A stretch of DNA of 64,000 bases from Balanoglossus misakiensis (Eukaryota > Animalia > Hemichordata). The stretch spans positions 6,040,137 through 6,104,136 of the forward strand of contig CM082595.2 of assembly GCA_040954595.2 (NCBI GenBank), in the 5' to 3' direction. Within the stretch, counting starts at the first letter, position 1. Each line of letters opens with the position of its first letter. A program made the translations under genes and the position numbers. The notes beneath the pieces were generated by a model. It did no database searches and was not told where the DNA came from. It saw only the letters and a list, made by a program, of their open reading frames with translations. This document shows, piece after piece, positions 50,621 through 64,000 of the stretch.

Positions 50621-53600
50621 GCCAAGAGTGTCAGGAGAAGAAAATAATATATAGTTGGCCAAAGTTGCATTCCGGTACAAGATATAAAACATGCTAAATG
50701 ATATCGTGATTTCTGTGTCGAATCTAGCTGATATTTTAAAGCTTCAGTTTATTTTGAATATGAAGAAATGTATATAATTTCATACAATCAGTCAACCTTG
50801 ATCCCAATCCATCGGTAATGCTTTTAATAGAATAACCATGAGGCATTACTGGAACTACAACAGTTCTAAAAAAAATAATTGGGGGCATTCCATACGTATG
50901 TCATAACATGTTTAAATGAACAGATGGATGTACTGGACGTGGTGGACCAGTATTTCAAATCTTTTTCCAAATTTGAATATGAAACGAAAATACTTTTCCT
51001 GTGAGTTTTGTTATGGTTTTCCTTTCAGGTTTGTTGGCGAATTATGATTATGATGATATATTCCTAACAATACATTGTATATCCACCGCATATTTCACTT
51101 ACACAAGTGTCTTGCCTGTGCCCTTTTTGTCTAAGTATACATAACCACATTAATATGAGCATATCAATTGTTTGATGTTACTTTATTAAATTCAGAATGT
51201 TTTCCCTTAAAAGATAGGTGCAGAAAAGCTATTGTCTACCACTATAAATAATAATGATTATTTACGATTCTTGGTAATGAAACAGAGCTCTTAAATTAAG
51301 ATTGATGGTTCATATCAAGAGGACAATTCTTCATTTACAGGTCAAAAGTGTATAAATAAAATGAAACATTATGACCGATAAAGAATGTTCATCATGAATA
51401 CAAATCTTTGTGTACTATTAGAATGATTATAAATTGAATACAAACCCACAGAATCATACTAAAATGGATTCCTAAATAAACGCACACGCACCAAATGCGC
51501 GCCCATGTGCGGCTACTCGGGGGAGGGCCTTGTCAAAACATTCCAGTTATAGGAACGGTTGTGACAGTTGTAAGCATTATTTTCCGTTGAATGACATTAG
51601 ATTGACATTAGAATGGATCTGACACCTGATGACTTCCGGTTGATTATTGAACTCAGTTCCGGATGACATCAATGAAAAGTTGGCAGACGGGTGACGGGGT
51701 GAATGATTTCATTTTCCATCCTGTGGGTAAACCTAATCCCGTGAGGGCCTTGGTTTCTTTTTCCTGGCCGGCGAAAAAAATTATATACTCAAGACTGCCA
51801 CCCACGATCGAAAATGGCGAAGTATTTAAATTAGCCGTGTGAACTTACGAAATAGTGACCCAATTAATTTGACACGCGTGTTTACCACAAAGTCAGAAAA
51901 TTTAAATATATATTGAAAACGCGCGTACATCGCCAGACACGTTTTCGCACCTGTTAGTATAACGTTCCTTAGTATGCTAATATATTGAGACTCAGACAGT
52001 AAGCCCTGTCCTGGAATTTTTAATGTCGCCACCAACGGAGGGTATGACAATACCACTGTAGTAACATGAGCTAATTTTCTCTCGTGTGCGGGCGATTTTT
52101 TTTACGTTTGCGCTGTCGAGCACATTCAAGGTGTTTGATTTTTTTCATGGCTATGTTAATTTTGAAAAGACGATTTTTAAAGTATTTCTTTTTTCATGAC
52201 CTTTGAACCAGCCATGTACATTCTGTTCTACATAATCCCGGAGAGGGCTGTGTCTATTGGCCAGTGATCGTAACCTCGCTGACATTTGACCCGAATATCA
52301 CCTATATGCTAATTACTACAGTCTGCATGTTTGTGAGATGAACCACGTACTCGACCTCATTAATTATGCGAGTGTCTAAATTTACCTTAACGAATGGAGC
52401 TTGGGGCTGAATTTTGGTGGACCAAGGGAATAAATTCATGAGACGTGCTTGTCCTTGCAACGGGCGATGTAAATGTAGAAATATTTGACCTATGAGATGT
52501 AACTTTTTCCACTCTATGCTCTTACCTGCATTGCTGAAGTTTGCTTGTGACACCGAAGCGTTCATGCATGCCACTACTGTGCTGTGGTTCAGCTGACGTA
52601 TATTGGTAGTTGCCTCGTAGACTGCTACTAATCCTTATGAAGGAGTGCGTCGGGATTAATATAGTGAGGTGTGATATACGAACAAGGTTTGTACTCACTC
52701 GGGAATGGCAAAGGTGTATATTTCCTGGTCTTCTCTGATGTCCGTGCGCGTAATGTGTTAGCAAGTTGTAAATTTACCAAATAATTACGGTTTATGGACC
52801 ACACTGCAAAAGCTACAGGCTTGGCTTCGAATATATCAAATGCGCGATAACACCGCCCTCAAACCAGTCAGAGAGAAACGAAACAGGTTAAGATCCTAAC
52901 CGGTCGCCCTCACCCATCATGCCCAGATGCCCCCCCCCCCCCCTCGCCTCCTATTTTTGTAAACTTGGCCTTGGCGACGAAATATTTTATTCATGGTTGT
53001 TAATAAAATAGGGATGACAGCGAGGCGTTCGATCGCGATCACAATTCCCTGTTTTTTATAGAATCACTCAAGGTGATTATATGAAATACAGTCACGAGAT
53101 CGGCTTAGCCATGAGCCGAACAATGATTTATGACGCGTGACTGCAGAGCCGGGCAACTCTCGACACAATTTCGAGTAGCGACCCTTTTGACAGAAGGAAG
53201 CGCGTTCAAATCTTACAGGTTAAAAGGATAATAACACAAGTATAATTTGTGAGAGTTATATGCTGTCAACTATTCTGATATGCATTCTCCCGTGTGATGT
53301 GCCTTGCACAACGTGCGGTATATGCAAGAGATCCAGTTGGGCATGTGACACTTAAAGGTGTCATAGCATCATTCCATTAACCTACTCGGTTGCATAAAAT
53401 CAGAATTTTCCCCACTGAGTTTTTGTTATTTTCCTAACTCGTTGCTGTACAAAATAAACTCCAATTCAGTATAACCTGCTCTATTTTTGGTATATGTGTG
53501 CTGACGGCATCGAATAACATTTGAAAAATAATCATGTTAACACCATACCTGTAATGAACCACGTAACAATGCAGTGTTGTTACAACTTAATTCACACACT

Positions 53601-56600
53601 GTATAAGCTTATTCGTGAAGAAAATAAATACTTAAAAGATTGGTACTGACCAATCAATCGAGTGATGGAAGTTTTATGTTCATGTAAGAGATAATAAGTG
53701 GGCTGCAACAACAGGTGATTACGCTTAATGCAGTAAGCAGAACAACATATATAATCTATCAGAGAAAAGTAAAATAATAGTTTCTTTATTGTGACACGAA
53801 AATGGTTATATATATTGTGAAATAAGAACCGACCAGGGGAGAAAAAAAACTTGAGAAAGGTCGCTTATCCAATTCACCACATATATTAATACATGTAATA
53901 ATAATAGCTTTATTTTGCATTTCAAGGCCTCCGGCCCATGTGCAAATTGGGGTTACATATATTGTTTGTGAATGTCAAGCGAAAATGATAGTCTTTCGTT
54001 GAATTAACAGGTTTACGTCTGTTCTCCTTGACACAATTCGAACAATCAGCGATTCCTTTCGTCAAACGTGTGCGGCTATGGGCGTTTTCTCACCTTCACA
54101 CAAGTTGATGTGTTGATTCTAGCACTTATTGTAGGTCAAGCTGTTGCCCTCAAAATGTCGATTTTGCTCCTTCACACTCCACACAAGTTGATTTGTTAAT
54201 TCTGGCCCTTATTGTAGGAAACGCATCTTGACGAAAATGTGCATTTTTCTCCGAAAACTCCAAAAGATATATAACTTGGTTTATTAAATATATCACCCTG
54301 ATCATATACTTCAAGTTTTCACACATGGTTCATACAGTACAAAAGTATTCCGGGTGTTTCTTTGAGCCCTCCGTAGACTACAAGTTCTATCATTGTGAAA
54401 TCAAACTTACTGGACTAGTTCAGTAAACTGGTTTCTTGAGCTTTTCAAGAATTAAGTAGGAGAAATTGTGACAAATTGTAGAAAGTTAAGCTGGTATGGC
54501 AAATCAGTGTCTATTGTTGCAAAAATACCAGGGGCCACACAGAACGTGTTGTACACATTACTTCAGGAATCAAAACCTGAAAATACATGTTTGTCTATGT
54601 TTTCTAGAAGCACAGATCACAGGCTGCCGTTGTTCGGAGCATGGCGTCATCGAGTTGCTGTACTTGGCCGGCGTGCGTGAATTCACGCCAGCGGCCGTGA
54701 AAATAGTCGTCGAGGGTGACGCAAAACTGAAATCAATATTAATGTGGGATTTCATCTTATTATTATGAAAAAACATTTGTGCAATGCCTCCGGGGAAAAC
54801 AAGATACTTCCACGAAGGGTGCAGTGTGTTCAGCGGGCGCGCGCGGGTGCGACAGAGTACAATGCATTCTGTCATTGAATGAAATCCCGTAACCCACACA
54901 TCACGCGCGCAGACGTCATGAGGCGACAAAGTTCGTGTGATCCGCCGGATGTTAACGACAACTTTAGGTTTCGGTCAGTGTCTTGAACTTTCAGCGTAGT
55001 GATTCGCCACCACCCTGAGGGGCATGCAGAGAGGTCAAACTACGTGTTTGTTCACTAAAGCGCAGTTATATCACGCGTGCCCTCAGTTGTTTGGCTGCAA
55101 AACCCGGAAAATACAGCGACACAGCAAATTCAGAGGCTTCCAAATACACTGGTGATCTAACACTTTTCTGTTCCTGCTGATACAAGTACACCCGAAGGAT
55201 AATGAGATAATTGTTTAGAACATATCAGAGCGTGTCAATAGTTATATAGACGCCATAGGATAATTACTAGAAAGTTTCTTTGTTGTTTACATTTCAAGTA
55301 ACACCTTTAACTTTAAGCAAACTCAGACACCTCTACTGTCTATGCGCTACGTAAAACATATTTTATGACAATGTATAGCCACTTGAATAACGTCGACAAA
55401 AATTCTCGCCACAAATAATGGTTTTGTTTTGCTTATGAGACTTTTGCATTGGTTATTTGGAATGATTATTACAGAGTGGTGTAATTTACAAACTTCTATA
55501 TCTTCCAGGCTCACTAATAGTTATAGCTGCCTCTGTTGTATACTTTGAACCCATGTACATATATTAATAAAAGATACACATTATCATTATTCAAACAAAT
55601 GTTTCTGATCATTCAATGTATTGCCCCCAACTCCTGAACCATATGTCATGATTTAAACAGTCAAACGATAAAGAGTAATGCTACTTTGACAGAAAATCTC
55701 ATCAGCTTTCAACTTAAGATTTTCCACAATACGTTTAAATTTACCATTAAGAGTAAAGTCGAACTCGAGACAACAATGCCATCACTGAAACGAGAGAACC
55801 TCCATTATACGCAAATGAAATCCCTTAAGTAAACAATATGTTTTAGAAAAATAACTTTTGATTTCTTTATACTAATGGAAAGTTTCCATTTAGATCAAAG
55901 GCAGCCTGACAAGTTTGCAAAGCTATTTGAGTTTCTCAAATCAACAGTGGACCATCCGCATGCAAATCAGTTAAAGGGGAGGGTCGCCTCAACTGCACAT
56001 GTGCGACTTTTCTGTTTGTCGTTGTTGTCAGTAACAGTCAAATGTAAACTTTTCAGGCAATATTGAAGATCTAATTATCACAAAGTAGTTCCAATAGTAT
56101 GACAGGTTCTAGCAGCGACCTTGCTCATGATTTCGGGTTAATGATCTCGAGCTGAAGACACCTCCACGTTTGAACAAATCTCACAAGCTTCTCGTGACTG
56201 TTTGTCACGCTATCATCAGTGTTTTGTAAGTATTCACAACCTTTATGCTTTATGGTAAGTGTCTACGTAGAAAACACAGTTTATCAGTTGACATTTCCTG
56301 TTGAAGGTGTTAATTACCCTATTGTCGAAAGTATTAAAAACATGGAAGTGAATTTCAAAGTAAAGCTCTCAAGACGGTTTTTGAGCGAGAAGTGTGAAGT
56401 AGATGGCAAATCTTGTATAAGGGATATGAATGTCCTTTTATCCACTGCGTTCAAAAAAGTTTGTAATATCCAATGTTGTTTTAACTAAAAGTTTTTAAGT
56501 AGAAGACATATTGTTTGCTAATGTTGATGGCCTTAGAACATATGCGAATTAGGTTACTATTTCTATACAAATATTTCGTCAACAATTATTAACAAGGATC

Positions 56601-56727
56601 ACGTGATATTTTAAAAACCAACACTAGTTCAACAATGGGTAAATGAGTATGTGTAATTTAATTACTTAACGGAAACAGGGATCGTGTTACCAAACGTTTA
56701 AATTAATTGGGTGTACCTCAGAAAGGA

Positions 56728-56977
56728 ATAGGCCACTTTCATGACCCTACATCTCCATACCTCCGCGTGTATAGGGTGGTCAAAATTCAACATTTGGAAC
56801 AAGAAACGTGTAAAATGGTGTTTAAAATAGAGTCACTTTAGTAGTTAGCAATTCAGTACATATAGTAATGTAGTAATGACTACAGCTACAATTATGAAGT
56901 TTTTTTTCGGATGTTTTAGTCAACCTGATGATTCATACCAAAAGAAGTACGAGGAAGTATGGTCATGAAAATGACCT
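56728..56977. mobile_element. MITE family D-related copy
   Basis: ataggccactttcatgacc ... ggtcatgaaaatgacct inverted termini. Confidence 0.6.
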
Positions 56978-59900
56978 TTTCCACCCATCAAACTAATTAT
57001 TTACGCGCGCAAAAGTAATAATGGACGCAGTCACTACAGCAAGGTGCAGTGCATGGCTTCCAATTACAACCAAATCCAATTAACGTAAATAGAAATATAG
57101 TCTTGATGGATTTTAAGCCTTCGATACAGTTTTGCCTGTCCTGCATTTCCCACGCTTTTGTCTTCTTGCCGTTTATTACAGTTGTCATTGCGCGTGTAAA
57201 AGCTTTATAGTCTACCCTCTGGCCCCGTAGGTAACCGCGGTGTCATATTTCGCAGAAACAAATTTATCTTCGCACCTAATATTGCGTTTATATTAAAGAC
57301 ACGTGTTTTTGTAAGCTTGTTTGAGTAGTGTGGATGTGCAGAGACCCGATTTGTTTCCGTGGGATGACAGAGAGATTGTCATTATGCCTGTGGGTTGATA
57401 TGTCTATGATTGAAGGAATAGATAGTGTTTAATTAATATGTCAGTATATCACTGACTCTCGGGCTTTGGTTATTCAGCGTTCGGCATGTTGTTGTAGAGA
57501 AAATTTCAAATCTTGATCTTGTCATAACGACTGACCAAAATCTGTTCGTTTATAAACACACCAGCCCATGAGGTTAAAGTTTACCAGATTCTAACACAAA
57601 CATAATCAACGTTAGCAATCAAGAGTTTTTCAAATCCCCTTCACCAAGCAATCATACAAACGTACAGTGTACTAGTATTTCTTTGTTTATATATTTATAT
57701 TTTCATAGTAAACCTTTTAACAGACTGTTTAAAGCATGGCGCATGGAAATGAAAGAGGAACACGATTACCAATTAGCACAGATGACGGGTTGTTATTCAA
57801 ACTCAGACACCTCAGTTTGTTTTAAATTTCTGGAAAATATGGGAGATATGGAAACGGTCACACCTGCTACGTCACTGGGCAATAGCTGTTGAGTTGCCAA
57901 GCAAGCAACCAACAAACCAACTATTCAACCAATTTCATGAATAAAAACCCCAGCACTAAAAACTTACTAAAAAGATGTAAATAATGTCATGGTTTTTTGA
58001 AGAAGTACTTGTGCAAATCTGCTGTTTTGTAAGTCTAATATTATGATTCAATGGGTATTATCAGCCGGAAGGTATATCCGAACTACCTGTTTTTCTGGTT
58101 TTATACCTCCAACTGGAGAACATCATGTTTTCAAAATTACTGTCAGTGAGTGTTAAGTAGTAATCCAACAGATTTCCAAAGCTCTTTGTCAGACCGGCGT
58201 GTTCCATTAAATTATAGAAGCATAATGTCAATTCGTTCTATTCGGGCAGTTTGTATTCTAGATTAAGGAAGTATTTTGAATGGGTACAGAACTTCAAGAG
58301 GGTGTATTGACCATATCTAAATTCATGTACTTTGGTATCAGAAATAGAAAAGCTTTTTGTCTATATAAGATGAGTTTCAATTGGGTTAATAAGGACTCTT
58401 ACTTTTTGAACGATTCCCAAATATTTTTTTTACATGTGACGTCACTACTGATCCGTTATTTAAAGCTGCGGACAGTCATTTCAAAGATACACAGATGTCA
58501 AGTATATACACTCACAACTCGTTTTATTTAACTCTTTGAGTGCCCCATGCAAACCATAGAAATGCCAGAGGTTAAAGGGTATAAGCATAATAACTGATAC
58601 ATTGCACCATAGATTGTCCATGAACAGTCCTTATTCGAAGGATTGCTGTAGTGCAACAAGAGATAGTACATAACCACCATGTTTAGAAGATCCACAGTAA
58701 GAAACAACATATCAACATATAATAAACAAGTGGCGACGCAGCTCTGGCAGGAACTCACCGGTGACCAGTTACTTCCTGGAATGGGAATGGCACTTCGCGA
58801 TCCTCTTCGGGTGCGAAAACGCGGTGTGTAATCATTTTAGATTATTGTTCCCCAATCTGTAGTCTTGGGGTTTCCCTTAAATGTGAGGATGTTCAAAACA
58901 GAGGTATCGGGTGTTCTAGTTATTCAAAAGTTTACCTTCGCATCGGGGAGGGGTATGGACAGGACGGGGGCGGTTGTTCGGTTTGGAACATATTAAATAA
59001 AGTTGGATTGCAGAAATTATAGAAGGATGGAAATTCCCAAACTCTGCTAGGTGGATATGGAAAATGATGGAAGCGTTTTATCATTCACAAGTGGGTCCTC
59101 TTTTAACGTGTGATTGCTTAGCCAGGAAATATAGGTAATAAACAATATGTCGGAGTGATCAGAAACATGACTTGCTTTCCGCCGGCTTGTAGAGAAAGGA
59201 GATGGTAAGAAGGAAATTGAGATTGGAGTCAGCGTCATATTTTGAGGTGCTTAATCTAACCGCGTGCATGGAAATTCTCATCTCCTCAAAGTTAGCACAA
59301 AATACAACAATTGTTTCTCATACATCTGTTGTTAACGAACCCACGTAGGAGGACAAATTGGGCGTCTGACATTAGTGTGCAAATGCCGTGTACATAAAGC
59401 TTTAATACTGACATTTCAGGATGTTTTACCTTGAGAGCTGGTGCAAAACTAAATTGGTTTGCTCTACAAAGGATCTTCGAATCTTGAAAATTATCATGCA
59501 ATTATTCTAAAGGTCAGGCTTGACTAGGGCAAAAGCCCGTGTGTAGGCAACATCAATGAACAAATTTCAATTGGTCTAAGAATTTAGTTTTTTTTAACCA
59601 AATTCACGCCTGCCTTTGCCGAACATTCAACGCTCTGCACGTTAAACTTACTTAGTCTTTAATCCTGTGTTTTCATACTCGCGTGTGTTTAGCGAGTAAT
59701 TTTGATTGTGTTGGGAAAGAAACATGATGACGTTTAAATATACTATGACGTCTATCGCTATATTGTCACATCACTTAGACAACGATAGTGGCGTCATCAC
59801 GACAGGCATGAAACAACAACACATACAGCCACTTTTAGGTACTGTCTACACTCGATCTAAAAACGTTTTCATTGTGGTCAGACAGCAACATTCTTACTGC

Positions 59901-62560
59901 ACACAAAAATGGTAAATTAGCCTTGCTGGCACGAGTTACTTAGACAATGGCGAATCTGAATAGGCTTGATACGAAAATTGTGGTTTTAACTCTAAAAGCA
60001 ATGTTAAATAGCCCCTAGAGATGTTATAAGGAGACTTTAATCTTTGAACATTAAGAGGAAAGCCTCTTCAGTAAGGAACGAGAGTCAGGATGTTTATAGA
60101 GACGGAAATGTAACATTGTCTGCCGACGATACTTGGTTATGTTTAATACTAAAACATCAGCCTTTTACAATCTGAGTAACTTATTGATCACAATTTATGA
60201 AAACGATATTGCACGAAAATGCTCTGACCCTGACCAGTGCCTGTACAAAATGCATGACCTCCCCAAAACCCCTCCATGAAAAATAGTCCCCCGCCCAATC
60301 ACAACAGCCATCCACATGTTCATTCAGTCCAGGGCTGTATCGCAAAATAGTTCCAAACATGTGTATAGTTGCACGATTCCTTCACGTGCCACCGGTTTCC
60401 GCCCTGTATTGACTACTCAATCGGCAAGTGCCAGAATTACCTATGTTGTAGCGGGCAGGTTCTTGAACACATCTATCTGAGTACCATGCCAAACACAGGC
60501 AACAATGTAGCACCCGAACAAAAAAGCAACCGAACCGCACAACTCACTTGGCGCCACATCACCACCAAATTTGCATACAAAACTGATTCCAGCTGGCCAT
60601 GCCAGCCCTACACTGAAGGCATAAATAATACATCCGCCATAATCGTAAATTTGTGGACTACGACCGAATTTTGTCGAAAGGGAAAACTTTTCATTTGTTT
60701 TCTCGTATCTTTTATTGTCTAATCATTATTTGTAGTCTTCGCAATACTGATCTTAGGTCCTAAATGTCAGCTTTGACTTTGAGTTACATACGCAAATTAA
60801 TTACAACCACCGAATTCGCTTATATTCCCCGCTTCATCAGAGGAATAATTGCACAGAGTTATCATATCCAGGGGATCAGTCGTTGGTTGGATAAAGCCTG
60901 ATTAATTCCAAGGCGAGGTCTACAAATTATCAACTTAGGGGGTCTTTGTAGACGATTTACAATGACTCAGAAGACTATGAAGTTGGGAGTTCCACTGCCG
61001 GTCGTTTGATCCTGTAGCGTTTTCCGAGAAATGCCTAACCCCTCTTTGCCGATAAGGAGTACTGTGTATCATGTGATAATATTAAAATATACATTGGGAA
61101 CCATGGTTATTGCTCGTTATGTTCTGTTGTCTCATGATGTTTTTTTTGCAAATTCGATGAAAATTGAAGTCGCGGCGCACGAGTCTCGTAACGTTTACTT
61201 TTATGTTGCTATGATTTTTATTCGCCGGTGGTGCTCCCCACTGAAGAATAAAGGTTCGTTGAACCGTGTTTCTACTGTGATCAAAACTGAGATTTTTTAT
61301 TTGGAACATGAGATTTTCACACTATGTAAGCAAGGGCAACTGCTGGCCACAACCCGACAACATTCTTTATGGGAGGTATACCCCCGCACCTGCACTTAGC
61401 GTTGTTTATCTTAGATTGAAGGTGAAATGTGTAAAACGGAAACAACAGACGAAGCCGAGGCTTTAGGAATGTAACACCAAAACAGGCCCATCTTATTTTA
61501 ACCAGTTACCAAGAAAGAAGCAGTAAAATATGTGGCTTGCATGTTTTCATACACCAGATTAAAAATAACTATGCTTCCTTACTTGTAAGACTTAGGAAAT
61601 ATCAATGCGGAAACACACGTTGTCAACAACCTGTTTACAGAGATTTCGAGGATAAAAATAACAATTTCTTCCTTTTACTCATTAATCTCTAAAATGTGAC
61701 GTAGATAACCTTATAGACGAAAGGAAAAACACGTCATAGTGAACATAGGGTACCTGACAAAGACTGTGGAATGTGTTATAGGGGTCATCCAACTGAAGGA
61801 CCAGTGGAAATGATCAAGACTAGAAAGTTTCAGGGTTGCATAAACTTCATGTAGTTTATGAAATACTTGTCACAAGAACTAGATCGTGTTACCTCACTTA
61901 AAGAATTATAGAAAAATGGCGATACCTTTGGCAACAAAGATCAACACGCTAGCCAAGTACTAGTATGTTTCTGCCTTAGACTGTTCTCAAGTTTGTCGAA
62001 CAGGATAGTTCAGTCATTATTTTGTCAATAATGTTATCTTCCCATGTTGAGGGGTTTGTTGCACCATACAGAACGTGAGCAAAATTAACCGTCAGAGAAT
62101 TGTGTTAATTTACTTGCTGAACGTTGCCCGTATTACTTGTTATACAAGTTTTGCCGGTGAAGAATACATTTTGAGAATTCTCTAAAACTACACCATCCCC
62201 AAGCACGCACGAGACTGTCACAGCTCAACGCTGCGTGGTTTGAGTAGACGGATTCGAGAGTCGAACACAATACTTCGTGCGCAGGAGAGACACCCACGTG
62301 GCAGAGCACAAGAGAGACTTGCCAATATCTTCGGCTCGATCACGCTTAGATTGATTGTCACCTATCAGACCTCCAACTGTCAACCTGGAAAGTTTCAAGA
62401 GCACCAATCAACACACCTCTAACTCGTTTACTAGAGGACTTGTCTATCAAGAAATGTATGGCTGATGACGTAGAATCACTCGTGTGTGAATAAAGCGCAG
62501 GTGCAAAAAATGCGCCATGTTTATGCTAATTAACGGGTTTGGGACACCGTGAGCAAGGGA

Positions 62561-62637
62561 CTGGAAATGTATATGTGCAAATATCCCGTTCCATTCTCCT
62601 GGAAATGTATATGTGCAAATGTCCCGTTCCATTCTCC
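62561..62637. repeat. 38-bp tandem duplication (1 mismatch)
   Basis: ctggaaatgtatatgtgcaaat(a/g)tcccgttccattctc x2. Confidence 0.9.
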
Positions 62638-64000
62638 TTCTTAGCAGTCGTCGCAATATTCATTGGCAAACGGAACAAATCGTTCTACAAACATCTTTAA
62701 TTCTTACTTCTCATTTCACAGCGGTACATATTCTCGTTAGTCTGATGACGTACCACTCGGACTGATGAATCTTTCTCCCGTTATAGGCGTTCAAAGGGCT
62801 GGAGATAAAAGGATTAGAGAGGTTTTGACGTCAAAAATTAATCTTTAACAGAATTAACCCAAAATTGCGGTTTCGGATGGTACATTGTGTAAAATAACAC
62901 ACAACCGAATTTTGATGTCAAAGATGGCTCGGTCTGCTTCGACGCAGAGAACATCTACCCCCACACACGTTGTAACAATATGAAACGCATCTGTCAAGCT
63001 AAGAATGCCCATTACACTGTCATTTATTGACTGAAAGCGTTGGGTTTGAAATCTATTCGTAATCCTATTGTCGTGAGCCGAACCACGACACTTTCCTAGA
63101 TGCGATTGCCATGGAAACGAGCCAGTCTTAAGTCAGGACAATATCTCCGGTAATTGCGATCATTTTGTTCCCTTATTTCGTGCAGTGAATTTGTCGGTCG
63201 GCAATCTCATTTTTTATGCCCAATGTATTATTGTTTGTCAAGAAACAAGAAAAAAAGAAACCGTTGCGTGAAGCAAAGTCACGTATGCATCCAGAGTAAA
63301 TAAAATCTGAAAACACAACGACCTTTACAGGGCTTTGTCATAAAACCACCCACTTTTCAGCAAAAAAACCTGACGAAACGCAAGTACCGGTAGATTTCCG
63401 CGAGATGATAAAGAAGTCATTCGTCGCTTGCCGATATTCTATGGAACTGATGATTGTAGAAAACGAACAAAAGAGTAATGCTTTCGTTGTAATATATAAA
63501 ACTAATATCCGTGGAAATTTGTGTACAGTAGATCTCTTCACCGAAGCGAAGGACTCTCTTTACGCACGATTGACACCGGATTTGAGTGGCGTTGCACGTT
63601 GATGCGCAGGGTAGGAACACAAAAGATTTTGTGAACGTTGAACGCAGAGTTTTACACCCTGTGTTAGGTGGGCAAGAGCGAACGTGTATAGATACCTATT
63701 ATATGTAATAACCAGAACGACTTCATTGACATCACGATTATAACCACCGCATTTTCAGCGTTTGTGTTCGTGAAGAGCCGAGCACATGTGTAATTTTCAC
63801 CCATCAAATATGTCCAGCCTGACATTGTTTGTGTTGATGTTGTCCTTGTTCTGGATGTACATGAATAGAAACGGATAAGCTGTCGGCGCGTCTTCTTTGA
63901 ATGTCAGTTCTGAAGTATCGTTCGTGAAAAGGCTTTGCCAGATCTTTGGATGTCGAACAGGTAATCACACTTCTCTTGTCTACTTCACACGCCCGATATC

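Noticed and set aside
52526-52565. MNASVSQANFSNA before a donor, like a GPCR N-terminus
   Set aside because: No downstream 7TM exons found on minus in the window
63804-63998. Open minus-strand frame entering from the right edge
   Set aside because: Only about 64 codons, no recognisable homology, truncated by the window

Overview
Intron-rich, AT-rich animal genomic DNA with GT-AG introns, MITEs and (CATA)n microsatellites. The vertebrate-like intron positions suggest a marine invertebrate deuterostome (inference). Left to right: a partial gene for an unrecognised single-pass membrane protein with a long motif-rich tail (+), enolase (-), RER1 (+), tRNA-Pro(AGG) (-), SLC35F6 (+), triosephosphate isomerase (-), DDB2 (+), a SAM-less SAMHD1-like HD-domain gene (+), then about 13 kb with no confident gene. 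All six complete gene models were spliced by hand and close in frame. Two observations stand out. (1) DDB2 has two tandem, intact, 146-nt, 50%-identical copies of its fourth coding exon; only one-of-two inclusion keeps the frame, so these look like mutually exclusive exons swapping part of the UV-lesion-reading WD40 face. (2) The SAMHD1-like protein keeps the HD metal core and most allosteric residues but has clustered substitutions across the substrate/catalytic pocket, plus an N-terminal SQ/TQ cluster. Also noted: TPI-ENO microsynteny with shared nuclear-receptor motifs. Human and zebrafish comparisons are from memory and need an alignment to confirm.
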